NCBI GenBank assembly: GCA_963777505.1
Contig: CAVZQN010000004.1
Location: forward strand, 1,376,001-1,440,000
Reading direction: 5' to 3'
Length of the DNA stretch: 64,000 nucleotides
Origin: an uncultured bacterium
GTDB taxonomy: Bacteria > Acidobacteriota > HRBIN11 > JAKEFK01
Numbering within the stretch: the first letter of the stretch is position 1; every line of letters begins with the position of its first letter. Under the pieces are notes generated by a model, which saw only the letters and a program-made list of their open reading frames with translations, did no database searches and was not told the origin of the DNA. The translations under genes were made by a program, and so were the position numbers. Of this stretch, positions 8,639 through 18,587 are shown piece by piece.

Positions 8639-9987
8639 ATAAAACCTTTCGAATTTTTGCATTTATCTTGATTTCAGTCATGCTGATGCATTTTTCCGTT
8701 TCAGCAGACACAGACAAGGTCCAACTTGCGGAAAAAGTGCGGCAGGAATTTCTGCACTCGTGGAACGGCTACAAACAATACGCATGGGGACATGATGCGC
8801 TCAAGCCTTTGAGCAAAACTCATCACGATTGGTATGGCGTCAGTTTGCTGATGACTCCTGTGGATGCAATGGATACGATGTATCTGATGGGTCTTAAAGA
8901 AGAAGCCGATAAGACAAAAGAATATGTTGTCAATAATTTATCCTTTGAAAAAGATATTTTCGTTAAGAATTTTGAAATCACGATCCGCATTTTAGGCGGG
9001 CTGCTCAGCACATATCAAATCACTGAAGATAAGCGTTTATTAGAAAAGGCAGTAGATCTTGGCAATCGATTGCTGCCGGTCTTTGATTCTCCTACCGGAA
9101 TGCCTTACATGTTCATTAATTTAAAAACCGGCGTGGTGCGGGGAGCTGAAACGAATCCAGCCGAGATCGGTACGCTTCTCATAGAGTTTGGAACACTCAG
9201 TAAACTGACCAAAAATCCAGTTTACTACGATAAAGCAAAACGTGCTGTCGTTGAGCTTTATAAGCGTCGTTCCGAAAAAGATCTTGTGGGTTCATCTATA
9301 AATGTTGAAACAGGAAAATGGATCGATTCCATCAGTCACATTAGCGGCGGAATTGATTCCTATTACGAATATTTGCTAAAGTGTGCCCGTCTTTTTGATG
9401 ACAAAGAATTAGACCAAATGTGGCAAACAAGCATTAAAGCTCTTAATAAACATCTAGCGGATGATGCTCCCACAGGATTTTGGTATGGATACGTAAACAT
9501 GAATACGGCGGAAAGAATTTCCACACGATTTGGAGCATTGGATGCATTCTTCCCGGCAGTGCTGGCTTTGTCAGGCGATCTAAATCGCGCAAAAAAGTTG
9601 CAAGACTCGGCCTATAAAATGTGGACCATTCATGGAATTGAGCCGGAAGAAATAGATTATGTAACCCTCAAAATAACTTATGATGGTTACAAGCTTCGTC
9701 CCGAAATTATAGAATCAGCCTACTATCTGTATTCGATGACAAAAGACCCGCGCTATCTTGAAATGGGAAGCACTTTCTTTGACAGCCTCCTGCGATATTG
9801 CAGAACAGATACCGGATATGCAGCTCTTAGCAGCGTTGAAAATAAGGAAAAGAAAGATGAGATGGAAAGCTTCTTTCTTGCTGAAACGTTGAAATATTTG
9901 TATTTGCTGTTTGCGCCGCCGGAGACGCTTGATTTATCAAAGGTAACGTTTAATACAGAAGCCCATCCGATTAAAAAAACGTGGTAG
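8635..9987 (+). CDS. Secreted glycoside hydrolase family 47 (alpha-1,2-mannosidase)
   Basis: YAWGHDALKPLS, FEITIRILGGLLS, DSYYEYLLK, LRPEIIES, ESFFLAETLKYLYLLF and NTEAHP motifs. TTG 8635 overlaps the upstream TGA and gives signal peptide MNKTFRIFAFILISVMLMHFSVSA. Confidence 0.93.
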   Translation: MNKTFRIFAFILISVMLMHFSVSADTDKVQLAEKVRQEFLHSWNGYKQYAWGHDALKPLSKTHHDWYGVSLLMTPVDAMDTMYLMGLKEEADKTKEYVVNNLSFEKDIFVKNFEITIRILGGLLSTYQITEDKRLLEKAVDLGNRLLPVFDSPTGMPYMFINLKTGVVRGAETNPAEIGTLLIEFGTLSKLTKNPVYYDKAKRAVVELYKRRSEKDLVGSSINVETGKWIDSISHISGGIDSYYEYLLKCARLFDDKELDQMWQTSIKALNKHLADDAPTGFWYGYVNMNTAERISTRFGALDAFFPAVLALSGDLNRAKKLQDSAYKMWTIHGIEPEEIDYVTLKITYDGYKLRPEIIESAYYLYSMTKDPRYLEMGSTFFDSLLRYCRTDTGYAALSSVENKEKKDEMESFFLAETLKYLYLLFAPPETLDLSKVTFNTEAHPIKKTW

Positions 9988-10063
9988 GGGCGGGTCGTAA
10001 GATCAGCCCGCGTTAGTACGACGTACTAGACGATAACGGGCGTGGTCTAAGACCCGCCCCTAC
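9984..10063. repeat. GTAG-family REP doublet (REPIN-like) between convergent genes
   Basis: Perfect 13-bp terminal inverted repeat gtaggggcgggtc / gacccgcccctac. Its GTAG supplies the GH47 TAG stop. Confidence 0.85.
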
Positions 10064-10887
10064 TAGCAACTGGGGCATTCTTGTTCAAGCGCCGAAAGAA
10101 CTTGTTTGGCGCGCACTGCATTTCCACTTGTCGGATAACGCTTCATAAATGTACGCAAATATTCGAGCGCTTTTTGATTCGAATTCATTTCAATATGAAT
10201 TTGGGAGGAAAGTAGCAAAGCATCTTCATCAGAAGCGCCATTTTTATAAACTGTGTAATATTGATCGAGAGCTTTCAGTGCCTGATCACGACGGCCTAGA
10301 TAATAATCTGCCAGAGCGATTGAAAATTGAGCTTTTTCCTTTTGAACCGACGTTGACGAAGCGGACGTTAAAACTTTTTGATATCGTTGCTGAGCTTCCA
10401 TATACATTTGGCGTTCCAAATATGTACTTGCCAGCAGGAAAGAGGCATCAGCCTTTGCTGGCTCTCTCATTTCAACTTCGAGTAATTTTCGGACATGTTC
10501 AAGTTCTTCTATCAATTCCGCAGTATTCATATAGCCGCTGATACGATTGAGTACATTCCCGGATCCATCAGTAACAAGCATCGTTGGTAGGCTGTCAACT
10601 TTATATTTTTCAGCAACGGCGCTTCCTTTTTTACCGTCTTCGGAATCAATTCTTGCAAGAATGTAATTGTGCATGTAGGAGGTGAATTTTGGATCAGAGT
10701 AAACTTCCTTATCCAGCTTATGACACCATGTACACCAATCGGCAAAAACATCCAGAAATATCGGCTTTGATGTTTTCTTTGATTCAGCCAATGCTTGATC
10801 GAAGTCAGTGATCCATTGTGTAGATGCAGCGTGAGTAAGCGAAGCAGCAAAAAGAGTTAGAAGCGCAAAGACAGTTCCGATTTTCAT
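10063..10887 (-). CDS. Exported thioredoxin-fold protein with C-terminal TPR repeats
   Basis: Signal peptide MKIGTVFALLTLFAASLTHA from ATG 10887; WCTWC active site; TPR-like helices. Confidence 0.85.
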   Translation of the reverse strand: MKIGTVFALLTLFAASLTHAASTQWITDFDQALAESKKTSKPIFLDVFADWCTWCHKLDKEVYSDPKFTSYMHNYILARIDSEDGKKGSAVAEKYKVDSLPTMLVTDGSGNVLNRISGYMNTAELIEELEHVRKLLEVEMREPAKADASFLLASTYLERQMYMEAQQRYQKVLTSASSTSVQKEKAQFSIALADYYLGRRDQALKALDQYYTVYKNGASDEDALLLSSQIHIEMNSNQKALEYLRTFMKRYPTSGNAVRAKQVLSALEQECPSC

Positions 10888-10943
10888 GGTTAAATTATGA
10901 TAACGATGCCCACTAAAAATTACAATTTCCCGGTAAGAAGTCA

Positions 10944-12218
10944 ATGAGAGAATGGAACGCGCGATTTGTCGCCTATGACATTCTGAAAAAGCTTGAGGCA
11001 CGTCAATCAAATTCCGCTGTTTTACTGCAGAATTCGCTTACTTCGATTTCAAATCCTGCCGATCGGCGTTTGATCACAGATCTTGTCATGGGCACTCTTC
11101 GTTGGCGCAGCAAATTATTGCATATCATTCAACAATTCTCCAGGCGCCCGGTGGGTTCAATCGATTCCAATGTTCTGGTATTGCTCCAGCTAGGGGTCTA
11201 TCAACTTTTATTTACGCGAATTCCAGTTCATGCTGCGATTTATGAAACTGTGAATCTAAGCAAACGGATCCGAATGACTTCAGCTTCTTCCTTTATTAAT
11301 GGAATTTTACGCGCAGTGCAATCGAAAAAAGATACTGAAGTGATATCGAAAGCAGATGATGTCGCATCACTTGCAGTTTCGTATTCGCATCCCGAGTGGC
11401 TTGTTCAGCGATGGACAAATCGGTTTGGGATATCAGAAACGAAAGCGCTCATGGAAAAAAATAATGAGCCGGCACAGGTATATTTACGTGTGAATGAATT
11501 AAGATTTAGCCCACCTGAAGTCCTTCAGCATTTGAAAAATGAAGGAATTTCTGCTGTGCCTGTTGCGCCCGATTCTGCTGTATTTGTTGTAGAAGAAGGG
11601 GCGCCTCAGCTAACAAATTCCTTTGAAGCTGGAGAATTTTACATTCACGATGCTGGGATCGAATTGATCGGTGAACTCATGCGGCCTCAGTCAGGCCAGA
11701 ACGTTCTTGAAATTGCGGCAGCTCCCGGTGGAAAAACATTACAATTAGCAATTCGGATGAAAGATAGTGGCAGGATTGTTTCACTGGACACTGAATTAAA
11801 ACGCATGAAAATGTGGCAGCGAAATATCGACCGCCTGCAGATTCGATCTGCTGTTCCAATCGTAGCTGATGCACGCACTCTACCTTTTAGTAGAGCTTTT
11901 GATCTCGTTACAATTGATGCGCCATGTTCCAGTTTAGGGACAATCAGGCGGCATCCCGAAATAAAATGGTGGCGGCAGGAATCGGAATTTAAAAAGTTCA
12001 AGGAACTGCAATTGCAAATGTTAGAGTCGTGCGTTAAATATGTCGGAGAAAATGGAAATCTCGTTTATCTTGTTTGTAGTTTTGAACCCGAAGAAACTGA
12101 AGACGTTGCGAACGAATTTGTGACAGCGCATCCCGAGTTTAAAGAAGAAGAAAGAATGATCTTACTTCCTCATCGTGATAACACAGATGGCTTTTTTGCA
12201 GTACGATGGAGCCGGTAA
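10944..12218 (+). CDS. rsmB: 16S rRNA m5C967 methyltransferase RsmB/Sun (NusB-like + MTase)
   Basis: SYSHPEWLV, AAAPGGKT, DAPCSSLGTIRRHPE and DGFFA motifs. Confidence 0.93.
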   Translation: MREWNARFVAYDILKKLEARQSNSAVLLQNSLTSISNPADRRLITDLVMGTLRWRSKLLHIIQQFSRRPVGSIDSNVLVLLQLGVYQLLFTRIPVHAAIYETVNLSKRIRMTSASSFINGILRAVQSKKDTEVISKADDVASLAVSYSHPEWLVQRWTNRFGISETKALMEKNNEPAQVYLRVNELRFSPPEVLQHLKNEGISAVPVAPDSAVFVVEEGAPQLTNSFEAGEFYIHDAGIELIGELMRPQSGQNVLEIAAAPGGKTLQLAIRMKDSGRIVSLDTELKRMKMWQRNIDRLQIRSAVPIVADARTLPFSRAFDLVTIDAPCSSLGTIRRHPEIKWWRQESEFKKFKELQLQMLESCVKYVGENGNLVYLVCSFEPEETEDVANEFVTAHPEFKEEERMILLPHRDNTDGFFAVRWSR

Positions 12219-12233
12219 CGCCGGCGTTACACC

Positions 12234-14543
12234 ATGAATTTCAATAATGTTTTGGAACAATTTAAAAGACAGTTTGGCGAAAACGTTGTACACCACAGAA
12301 TCATTCCAGCAAAACCTCCCACGAATGTTCCATATCCAGGTTTCATTCCTGAAGGCATCATTCAGGCTTTAAAAGAGCGGGGAATAGATCTCCCATACAC
12401 TCATCAATTCGAAGCCTGGCAACTTCTTTCTGAAGGAAAGAATATCGTCATCATAACTCCTACAGCATCGGGAAAAACGCTTTGCTACAACGTGCCTGCT
12501 GTTTGCAAAATTCTTGAAGATCCAACAGCGCGCGCATTATATCTATTTCCAACAAAGGCACTTTCTCAAGACCAACTTTCAGAACTGCAAACGCTGTTGA
12601 ATATTGCCGCGCCGGAAGCAAAAGCGTTTACCTTCGATGGCGATACTCCTGCCGATGCGCGGCAAGCGATCCGCGCGAACGGACATATTGTAATTACGAA
12701 TCCTGACATGCTCCATTCAGGCATCCTTCCGCACCATGTAAAGTGGCAGAAATTGTTTGAAAATTTGAAGTTTATTGTGATCGATGAACTGCATTCATAC
12801 CGCGGCGTGTTCGGCTCTCATGTGACAAATGTAGTAAGACGCCTAAAACGGATTTGTGAGTTCTACGGAAGCCATCCTCAATTTATTTGTTGTTCTGCTA
12901 CGATTGCAAATCCGAAGGAACATGCCGAACAGATTCTCGAAGCGCCTGTGGATTTGATTTCTAAAAATGGAGCACCTGCAGGCGAAAAGCATTTTGTTTT
13001 TCTGAATCCTCCTGTCGTCAATGCAGCGCTTGGAATCCGGCGTTCTTTTGTAAAACAATCACAAGCGGTTGCCAATTTTTATCTGGATCACGATCAACAC
13101 ACGATTGTGTTTGCGCCAAGCAGGTTGATCATGGAAATATTGTTGACCTATTTAAAGGAACGCCAAACGGGTCACGTTTTGAAGGAAGGTGAAATCCGCG
13201 GTTACCGTGGCGGTTATTTGCCTTCGGTGCGGCGTGAGATTGAAGCAGGTTTGCGATCGGGTGAAATTCGGGGTGTTGTTTGCACGAATGCTCTCGAACT
13301 TGGAATTGATATTGGTTCGCTTGATGCCAGCGTGCTCGCAAGCTATCCCGGGACAATTAGCAGTTCATGGCAGCAAGCAGGACGCTCGGGTCGCCGCGAT
13401 CGTCCTTCCATGACAGTTCTTGTTGCAAGTTCTTCACCTGTTGATCAATTCCTAATGTCCAATCCGGAATACTTTTTCGGCGCATCACCTGAACATGCAA
13501 GAATCAACCCGGATAACTTGCACATTCTTGTAGATCACATCAAGTGTTCCACTTTTGAATTACCTTTTCGCGGAGAAGAAAAATATGGCCGCGAAAATCT
13601 TGATGAAATCCTCACATTTTTGAAAGAAGAAGGATTCGTCCATCAAGCCGGTGATGCACATCACTGGATCAACGAAGCTTATCCTGCGAACGCTGTTAGT
13701 TTGCGTCGAATCAGTTCGGATAATTTTCTTGTTGTTAATACGGAACGAGGCGACGAAATTATTGCTGAAGTGGATTTCAGCAGCGCATTAACGACACTTC
13801 ATGAAAAAGCCGTTTATATGTGCGAAGGCATTCCTTATTACGTCGATCAGCTTGATTTTGATGGCCGTAAAGCTTTTGTTCGTCCAGTTAAGGCAGATTA
13901 TTACACTGATGCTATTACGTATACCGATGTTCAGGTTCTCGAAATATTTGAGCAGCATGAACGTGATACATTTCTGCCTTCACATGGTGAAATTCAAATC
14001 ACTGAAGAAGTGGTCGGATTCAAGAAGTTAAAATTCTTCACGCTGGAAAATGTTGGTTCCGGCGAATTAAGTCTTCCTGAACATGAATGGCATACAACAG
14101 CATTCTGGTTCAGCATTCCACGTGAAGTCTTGGAAAAGGCGCCGTTCGATTCGGAAGAAAAAATCGATGGAGTCCGTGGATTTGCATATGCTTTGCGAGG
14201 AATCGCAGTCATTTCACTGATGTGTGATTTGCGGGATCTTGGAGTTTCTGTCATTGACACTGTGCAGGATCATAAAATCTATCAAATGCAGCTTCGACGG
14301 CCTGAGACTGCCGAGCGCTCTCGACTTGCTTTTCAACCGAATATTTATTTGTATGATAAATATCCGGGCGGAATTGGCTTCAGCAAAACGCTTTTTGAGC
14401 AAAACCGCAACTTACTTGCTGCAGTTGAAACTCTGGTACGGAACTGTGTGTGCGAAAACGGTTGCCCTTCCTGCCTCGGTGCGCCAGGCATTTACTCCCG
14501 CCGTACCCGCGAAGTAGTACTTTATCTACTCAGTAAGGCTTAG
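12234..14543 (+). CDS. mrfA: DEAD/DEAH-box helicase with C-terminal four-Cys DUF1998 domain (MrfA/YprA/Hrq1-like)
   Basis: TPTASGKT, DELH, SATIANP, ALELGIDIG, QQAGRSGR; C-terminal YDKYPGGIG..CVCENGCPSC. Confidence 0.9.
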   Translation: MNFNNVLEQFKRQFGENVVHHRIIPAKPPTNVPYPGFIPEGIIQALKERGIDLPYTHQFEAWQLLSEGKNIVIITPTASGKTLCYNVPAVCKILEDPTARALYLFPTKALSQDQLSELQTLLNIAAPEAKAFTFDGDTPADARQAIRANGHIVITNPDMLHSGILPHHVKWQKLFENLKFIVIDELHSYRGVFGSHVTNVVRRLKRICEFYGSHPQFICCSATIANPKEHAEQILEAPVDLISKNGAPAGEKHFVFLNPPVVNAALGIRRSFVKQSQAVANFYLDHDQHTIVFAPSRLIMEILLTYLKERQTGHVLKEGEIRGYRGGYLPSVRREIEAGLRSGEIRGVVCTNALELGIDIGSLDASVLASYPGTISSSWQQAGRSGRRDRPSMTVLVASSSPVDQFLMSNPEYFFGASPEHARINPDNLHILVDHIKCSTFELPFRGEEKYGRENLDEILTFLKEEGFVHQAGDAHHWINEAYPANAVSLRRISSDNFLVVNTERGDEIIAEVDFSSALTTLHEKAVYMCEGIPYYVDQLDFDGRKAFVRPVKADYYTDAITYTDVQVLEIFEQHERDTFLPSHGEIQITEEVVGFKKLKFFTLENVGSGELSLPEHEWHTTAFWFSIPREVLEKAPFDSEEKIDGVRGFAYALRGIAVISLMCDLRDLGVSVIDTVQDHKIYQMQLRRPETAERSRLAFQPNIYLYDKYPGGIGFSKTLFEQNRNLLAAVETLVRNCVCENGCPSCLGAPGIYSRRTREVVLYLLSKA

Positions 14544-14620
14544 AAAGATGCGGACTAGAAGTCTGCGGTCCCTTCGCAAAAAAAAATGATATAGTGAGTT
14601 AACAAGCTTCCAACAAGATC

Positions 14621-16249
14621 ATGTTACAGGAACGCACAGGATTAAACTTCGAAGATCTAGGCCAACACATTCGAGCAGCCTGTGAAAGAGTTGACTCATT
14701 ATCAACTCAAAGAGGCGGCTTTCAGCAGCAAGAAAAACTCTCCGAGGCTTTTGAAGACCTTTTCGTTTTATTAGAAGAGCTTCGTCTTGTCGAAAAAGAA
14801 TTGCGTGTTAAAGATGAGGACTTGATGTCCATGCGCGAGATTATGGACATTGAGCGAGAACGGTATCAAGAACTTTTTGAACATGCTCCCGATGCTTATT
14901 TGTTAACTGATCCTTATTTTCGGATTCAACAGTTTAATTTCTCATCAGCTGAACTCTTTCAAATACAAAATGAGGGACTCCTTGGCTTAACACTGATGTT
15001 ATTTATAGATGAATTGGATCATAAGGTTTTGCGGGAACAGATATCGAACTTAAAAGAAAAGAAAATTATAAAAGGGATCGAGCTTCGTCTTCAACCCCAA
15101 AAAGGTTCTGTGATTTATGCATTGATTACAGTTGGAGCGATCCATAATCCTGAAGGCTCGCTTACAGGGATCCACTGGTTTCTGCGCGATGTAACAGCAC
15201 AAAAGGAAGCTGAAAAAGCATTACAACTGAGTGAAGAAAGATTCCGGTCTATTGCTGCATCCGCGAGAGATGCAATCATTGTTGCCGATGACAAAAGTAC
15301 AATTCTTTCCTGGAATAAAGGTGCGGAACAAATTTTCCAGTTTTCTGAAAATGAGATGATCGGAAAGCCTTTGGATTCTCTAGTATCGGAACGATTTAAG
15401 GAAAGCGGAAAAGGTCTTCAACTCTCACATATTTTGCAAATCGTTGGCAAAACCTCAGAAATGTCAGGAATGAAAAAAGACGGCACCGATTTTCCTATGG
15501 AAATATCTCTGTCTGCATGGCATGCAAATGGAAATGATTATTACACCGGAATTATTCGGGATATTACTGAAAGAAAACAAGCGGATGAAACACGGATCCG
15601 CCTGTTGGAACGAATTCTTTCAGGTCAGGAAGAGGATCGTAGATGGATTGCGCGTGAACTCCATGATGAAACCGGACAATCCCTGAGCGCATTACTTGTT
15701 GGACTTCGCATCATTGAAGAGGCGAGAACTTTGAAAAAAGCAAAACTGGAGGCAAGCCGGCTTCGCAGTATTACAGCGCAGACGCTCGATGATGTTGGAA
15801 GACTCGCTAAAGGATTGCGGCCAATCATTCTGGATGACTTAGGCTTGATCGTAGCATTGAAAAGGCATGTATCCGACTTTGCACGCTCTTTCAATATCTC
15901 GATCGATTTCAAAAGCCGGGGTGTTGACTCAGAACGGCTTCCTCTGACCGCTGAAACTGCATTGTTCCGTATTTCACAAGAGGCCCTGACAAATATCGCA
16001 AAACATTCAGGGGCCAAAAATGTACATTTTTTTCTAGAGCAAAATGAAAATGAAATCTTATTATCAATTGAAGATAATGGCCGTGGATTTGAAGTAGAAA
16101 AAGCATTGAAAGCATCAACGGCATCCAATCATCTTGGAATTCATGGGATGCGCGAACGTGCTTCATTATTGGGAGGCACCTTATTTTTTGAATCATCACC
16201 GAACAAAGGTACAAAAGTTCTTGTTCGACTTCCAAAAGATGGTTTGTAA
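14621..16249 (+). CDS. Cytoplasmic PAS-PAS sensor histidine kinase (NarX/UhpB-type HisKA_3)
   Basis: Two PAS domains; EEDRRWIARELHDETGQ H-box; QEALTNIAKHS, EDNGRGF and GIHGMRERA; no TM helix. Confidence 0.93.
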   Translation: MLQERTGLNFEDLGQHIRAACERVDSLSTQRGGFQQQEKLSEAFEDLFVLLEELRLVEKELRVKDEDLMSMREIMDIERERYQELFEHAPDAYLLTDPYFRIQQFNFSSAELFQIQNEGLLGLTLMLFIDELDHKVLREQISNLKEKKIIKGIELRLQPQKGSVIYALITVGAIHNPEGSLTGIHWFLRDVTAQKEAEKALQLSEERFRSIAASARDAIIVADDKSTILSWNKGAEQIFQFSENEMIGKPLDSLVSERFKESGKGLQLSHILQIVGKTSEMSGMKKDGTDFPMEISLSAWHANGNDYYTGIIRDITERKQADETRIRLLERILSGQEEDRRWIARELHDETGQSLSALLVGLRIIEEARTLKKAKLEASRLRSITAQTLDDVGRLAKGLRPIILDDLGLIVALKRHVSDFARSFNISIDFKSRGVDSERLPLTAETALFRISQEALTNIAKHSGAKNVHFFLEQNENEILLSIEDNGRGFEVEKALKASTASNHLGIHGMRERASLLGGTLFFESSPNKGTKVLVRLPKDGL

Positions 16250-16274
16250 CAATCGAGCGATTGAGAAAAAATAA

Positions 16275-16913
16275 ATGGCAAAAATTCGCATTCTGATCGT
16301 TGACGATCACACTCTTTTTCGTTCCGGTTTGCGCATGCTGATTGGCGAACGCTCAGACATGGAAGTTGTCGGAGAAGCATCCGATGGTGAAGAAGCTCTT
16401 ACGTTGGCGAAAAAGCTCTCGCCGGACATCGTTCTCATGGATATTACGATGCCAGGGAGCGGCGGCCTTGTTGCAACAGAGAAAATTCGTGAAAATTGTG
16501 AGAAAACGCGAATCGTTATTCTCACAATGCATGAAGATCCCGTTTATGTGCGCTCCGCATTGGCAGCAGGAGCAACCGGTTATATTGTCAAAAAAGCAGC
16601 TGATTCTGAATTGATTTCAGCGATTCGGGCAGTCAACCACGGACGAACTTTCATTGATTCTTCCCAGGCGGAAGATACGCTATTTCCAGCAAATGGAAAA
16701 CGGAAACATGCACACGGCCAACTGAGCGAGCGGGAGTATCAAGTTTTAAAACTCCTCGCTCGCGGTTACACACATCACCAGATAGCCGAAGAAATTTCGA
16801 TCAGCGTTAAAAGCGTGGAAACATACCGCGCCCGCATGACCAAAAAACTAGAACTCCATAGCCGTGCCGATCTAATTCGTTACGCGCTGGAGACTGGTTT
16901 ACTTACAAGGTAA
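16275..16913 (+). CDS. NarL/LuxR-family response regulator
   Basis: IVDDH..LMDITMP receiver; LSEREYQVLKLLARG..SVKSVETYRAR HTH. Confidence 0.95.
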   Translation: MAKIRILIVDDHTLFRSGLRMLIGERSDMEVVGEASDGEEALTLAKKLSPDIVLMDITMPGSGGLVATEKIRENCEKTRIVILTMHEDPVYVRSALAAGATGYIVKKAADSELISAIRAVNHGRTFIDSSQAEDTLFPANGKRKHAHGQLSEREYQVLKLLARGYTHHQIAEEISISVKSVETYRARMTKKLELHSRADLIRYALETGLLTR

Positions 16914-16923
16914 AACGCTATCT

Positions 16924-17157
16924 TCACGCGGGTGGTAGCTTCGGACTCTTGGGATCAACAGGATCTTGTGGATTAATACTGGTAGAGTCCCTCGCAGTTG
17001 ATTTACCAGCTGGACGCCCTGCACCCGTTTCCTCAGTATCATAGCGACCCGGTTCTTTTCCTTCTTCTTTTATTATGTCTTCACCTTTCCGAGTTCCAGG
17101 TGTATGACTCGGTAATTCTTCCTTTGAATTTGTCTTAGATTTATTATCGTCAGCCAT
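16924..17157 (-). CDS. Small hydrophilic conserved-looking hypothetical protein
   Basis: AGGAGG RBS upstream; 77 aa with PSHTPG..STARDSTSINPQDPVDPKSP. Confidence 0.7.
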   Translation of the reverse strand: MADDNKSKTNSKEELPSHTPGTRKGEDIIKEEGKEPGRYDTEETGAGRPAGKSTARDSTSINPQDPVDPKSPKLPPA

Positions 17158-17267
17158 GTTTTTCCTCCTGACCTATTAAACATAGGTGTTTATTTCATCT
17201 TCAACCGTCACAATTTGTGCAGAAAAAATCGTTATCCATATGGCATTCATGTAGAAATCTAACGTGT

Positions 17268-17330
17268 TGTAGGTGTTATTCCTGACACGCTTAGAAAATG
17301 TGGGGGGATTCACCCGACAGTTAATAACTG
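17268..17330. promoter_or_regulatory. Candidate tandem operator sites upstream of the hydrogenase operon
   Basis: Imperfect palindromes tgtagg-N7-cctgaca (17268-17287) and tgtggg-N8-cccgaca (17299-17319), about 31 bp apart, plus cagtta-a-taactg. Confidence 0.4.
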
Positions 17331-17512
17331 AACAAAGACATAAAATATTTGTGTCTCTCAATTGGTTCTTCACAGCCAGAATCTTTTTCATGTAGGTTGC
17401 CGGTGAAAAATGGTCAACCATATCACTTCTACGAAAGTATTAGACACCTTCTTGCATATCTGTTTGTACGATCAGTTAACGCTTCTAAGTCCTTTGGAAA
17501 AGGAGGAGAATC

Positions 17513-18577
17513 ATGCCAGCAGAAACTGTGCCATACGGGCGCATAACACAGCGTGCTCCTGCAGTTAAAGAAATTCACATTTTGTGGATTACAGCCGGCT
17601 TGGGCTGTGATGGCGATTCAGTCGCAATCACAGGCGCAACGCAGCCTAGCATCGAGGATGTAATTCTTGGTGCAATTCCAGGCCTTCCGAAAGTTCATTT
17701 GCACAATCCGGTCCTTGCCTACGACGTAGGTGATGCTTTTATGAAACCGTTTTGGGACGGTAAAGAAGGAAAACTCGATCCGTTTGTTCTTGTAGTAGAA
17801 GGATCGATTCCGAATGAAAAGATTAAAAGCGAAGGATATTGGGCGGCTCTTGGTTATGATGAGAAAACAGGGCAGCCAATTACTACAAATCAATGGATCG
17901 ATTGGCTTACGCCAAAGGCACTTGCTGTGGTCGCGATCGGGACTTGTGCAACTTACGGTGGAATTCATGCAATGGCTGGCAATCCTACCGGGGCAATGGG
18001 TCTTGCTGATTATTTGGGTTGGAATTGGAAGTCGAAAGCAGGAATCCCAATTGTGAATGTGCCTGGATGTCCGGTTCAACCTGATAATTTCATGGAAACT
18101 GTCCTTTATCTACTGTATCAAGCTGCAGGGTTATCTCCCATGATTCCTCTGGATGAAGCGGGACGGCCAACATGGCTCTTTGGAAAAACGGTTCATGAAG
18201 GATGCGATCGTGCTGGCTATTATGAACAAGGAGATTTTGCAACAGAATATGGTTCCCCAAAATGTATTGTGAAACTCGGATGTTGGGGACCTGTAGTCAA
18301 TTGCAATGTTCCGAAACGTGGATGGATGAATGGTGTTGGTGGATGCCCTAATGTCGGTGGAATTTGTATTGGCTGTACGATGCCAGGATTTCCGGATAAG
18401 TTTATGCCATTCATGGATGAGCCTCCCGGCGGAAAATTATCTTCTGCTACGAGCGGTTTATATGGACGTGTAATCCGATCACTTCGAAAAATTACAAACT
18501 CAACTCTCAATCAAGAACCGAAATGGCGGCATCCCCGTCCTGAACTAACAACCGGTTATCGGCCGAAATCGTATTAG
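17513..18577 (+). CDS. hhyS: Group 1h (group 5) [NiFe]-hydrogenase small subunit
   Basis: GLGCDGDSV, GTCATYGG, PGCP, HEGCDRAGYY, CIVKLGCWGP and CPNVGGICIGC; no Tat signal; AGGAGG RBS. Confidence 0.96.
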   Translation: MPAETVPYGRITQRAPAVKEIHILWITAGLGCDGDSVAITGATQPSIEDVILGAIPGLPKVHLHNPVLAYDVGDAFMKPFWDGKEGKLDPFVLVVEGSIPNEKIKSEGYWAALGYDEKTGQPITTNQWIDWLTPKALAVVAIGTCATYGGIHAMAGNPTGAMGLADYLGWNWKSKAGIPIVNVPGCPVQPDNFMETVLYLLYQAAGLSPMIPLDEAGRPTWLFGKTVHEGCDRAGYYEQGDFATEYGSPKCIVKLGCWGPVVNCNVPKRGWMNGVGGCPNVGGICIGCTMPGFPDKFMPFMDEPPGGKLSSATSGLYGRVIRSLRKITNSTLNQEPKWRHPRPELTTGYRPKSY

Positions 18578-18587
18578 GGAGACTACT

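Noticed and set aside
15230-15580. FixL-like heme PAS oxygen sensor in the histidine kinase
   Set aside because: The fold resembles FixL PAS, but the segment expected to carry the proximal His reads LVSERFKESGKG; heme binding cannot be supported.
17241-17457. Sigma-54 promoter for the hydrogenase (tggcattcatgtagaa; tagacaccttcttgca)
   Set aside because: Each candidate lacks one invariant dinucleotide (GC at -12 or GG at -24).
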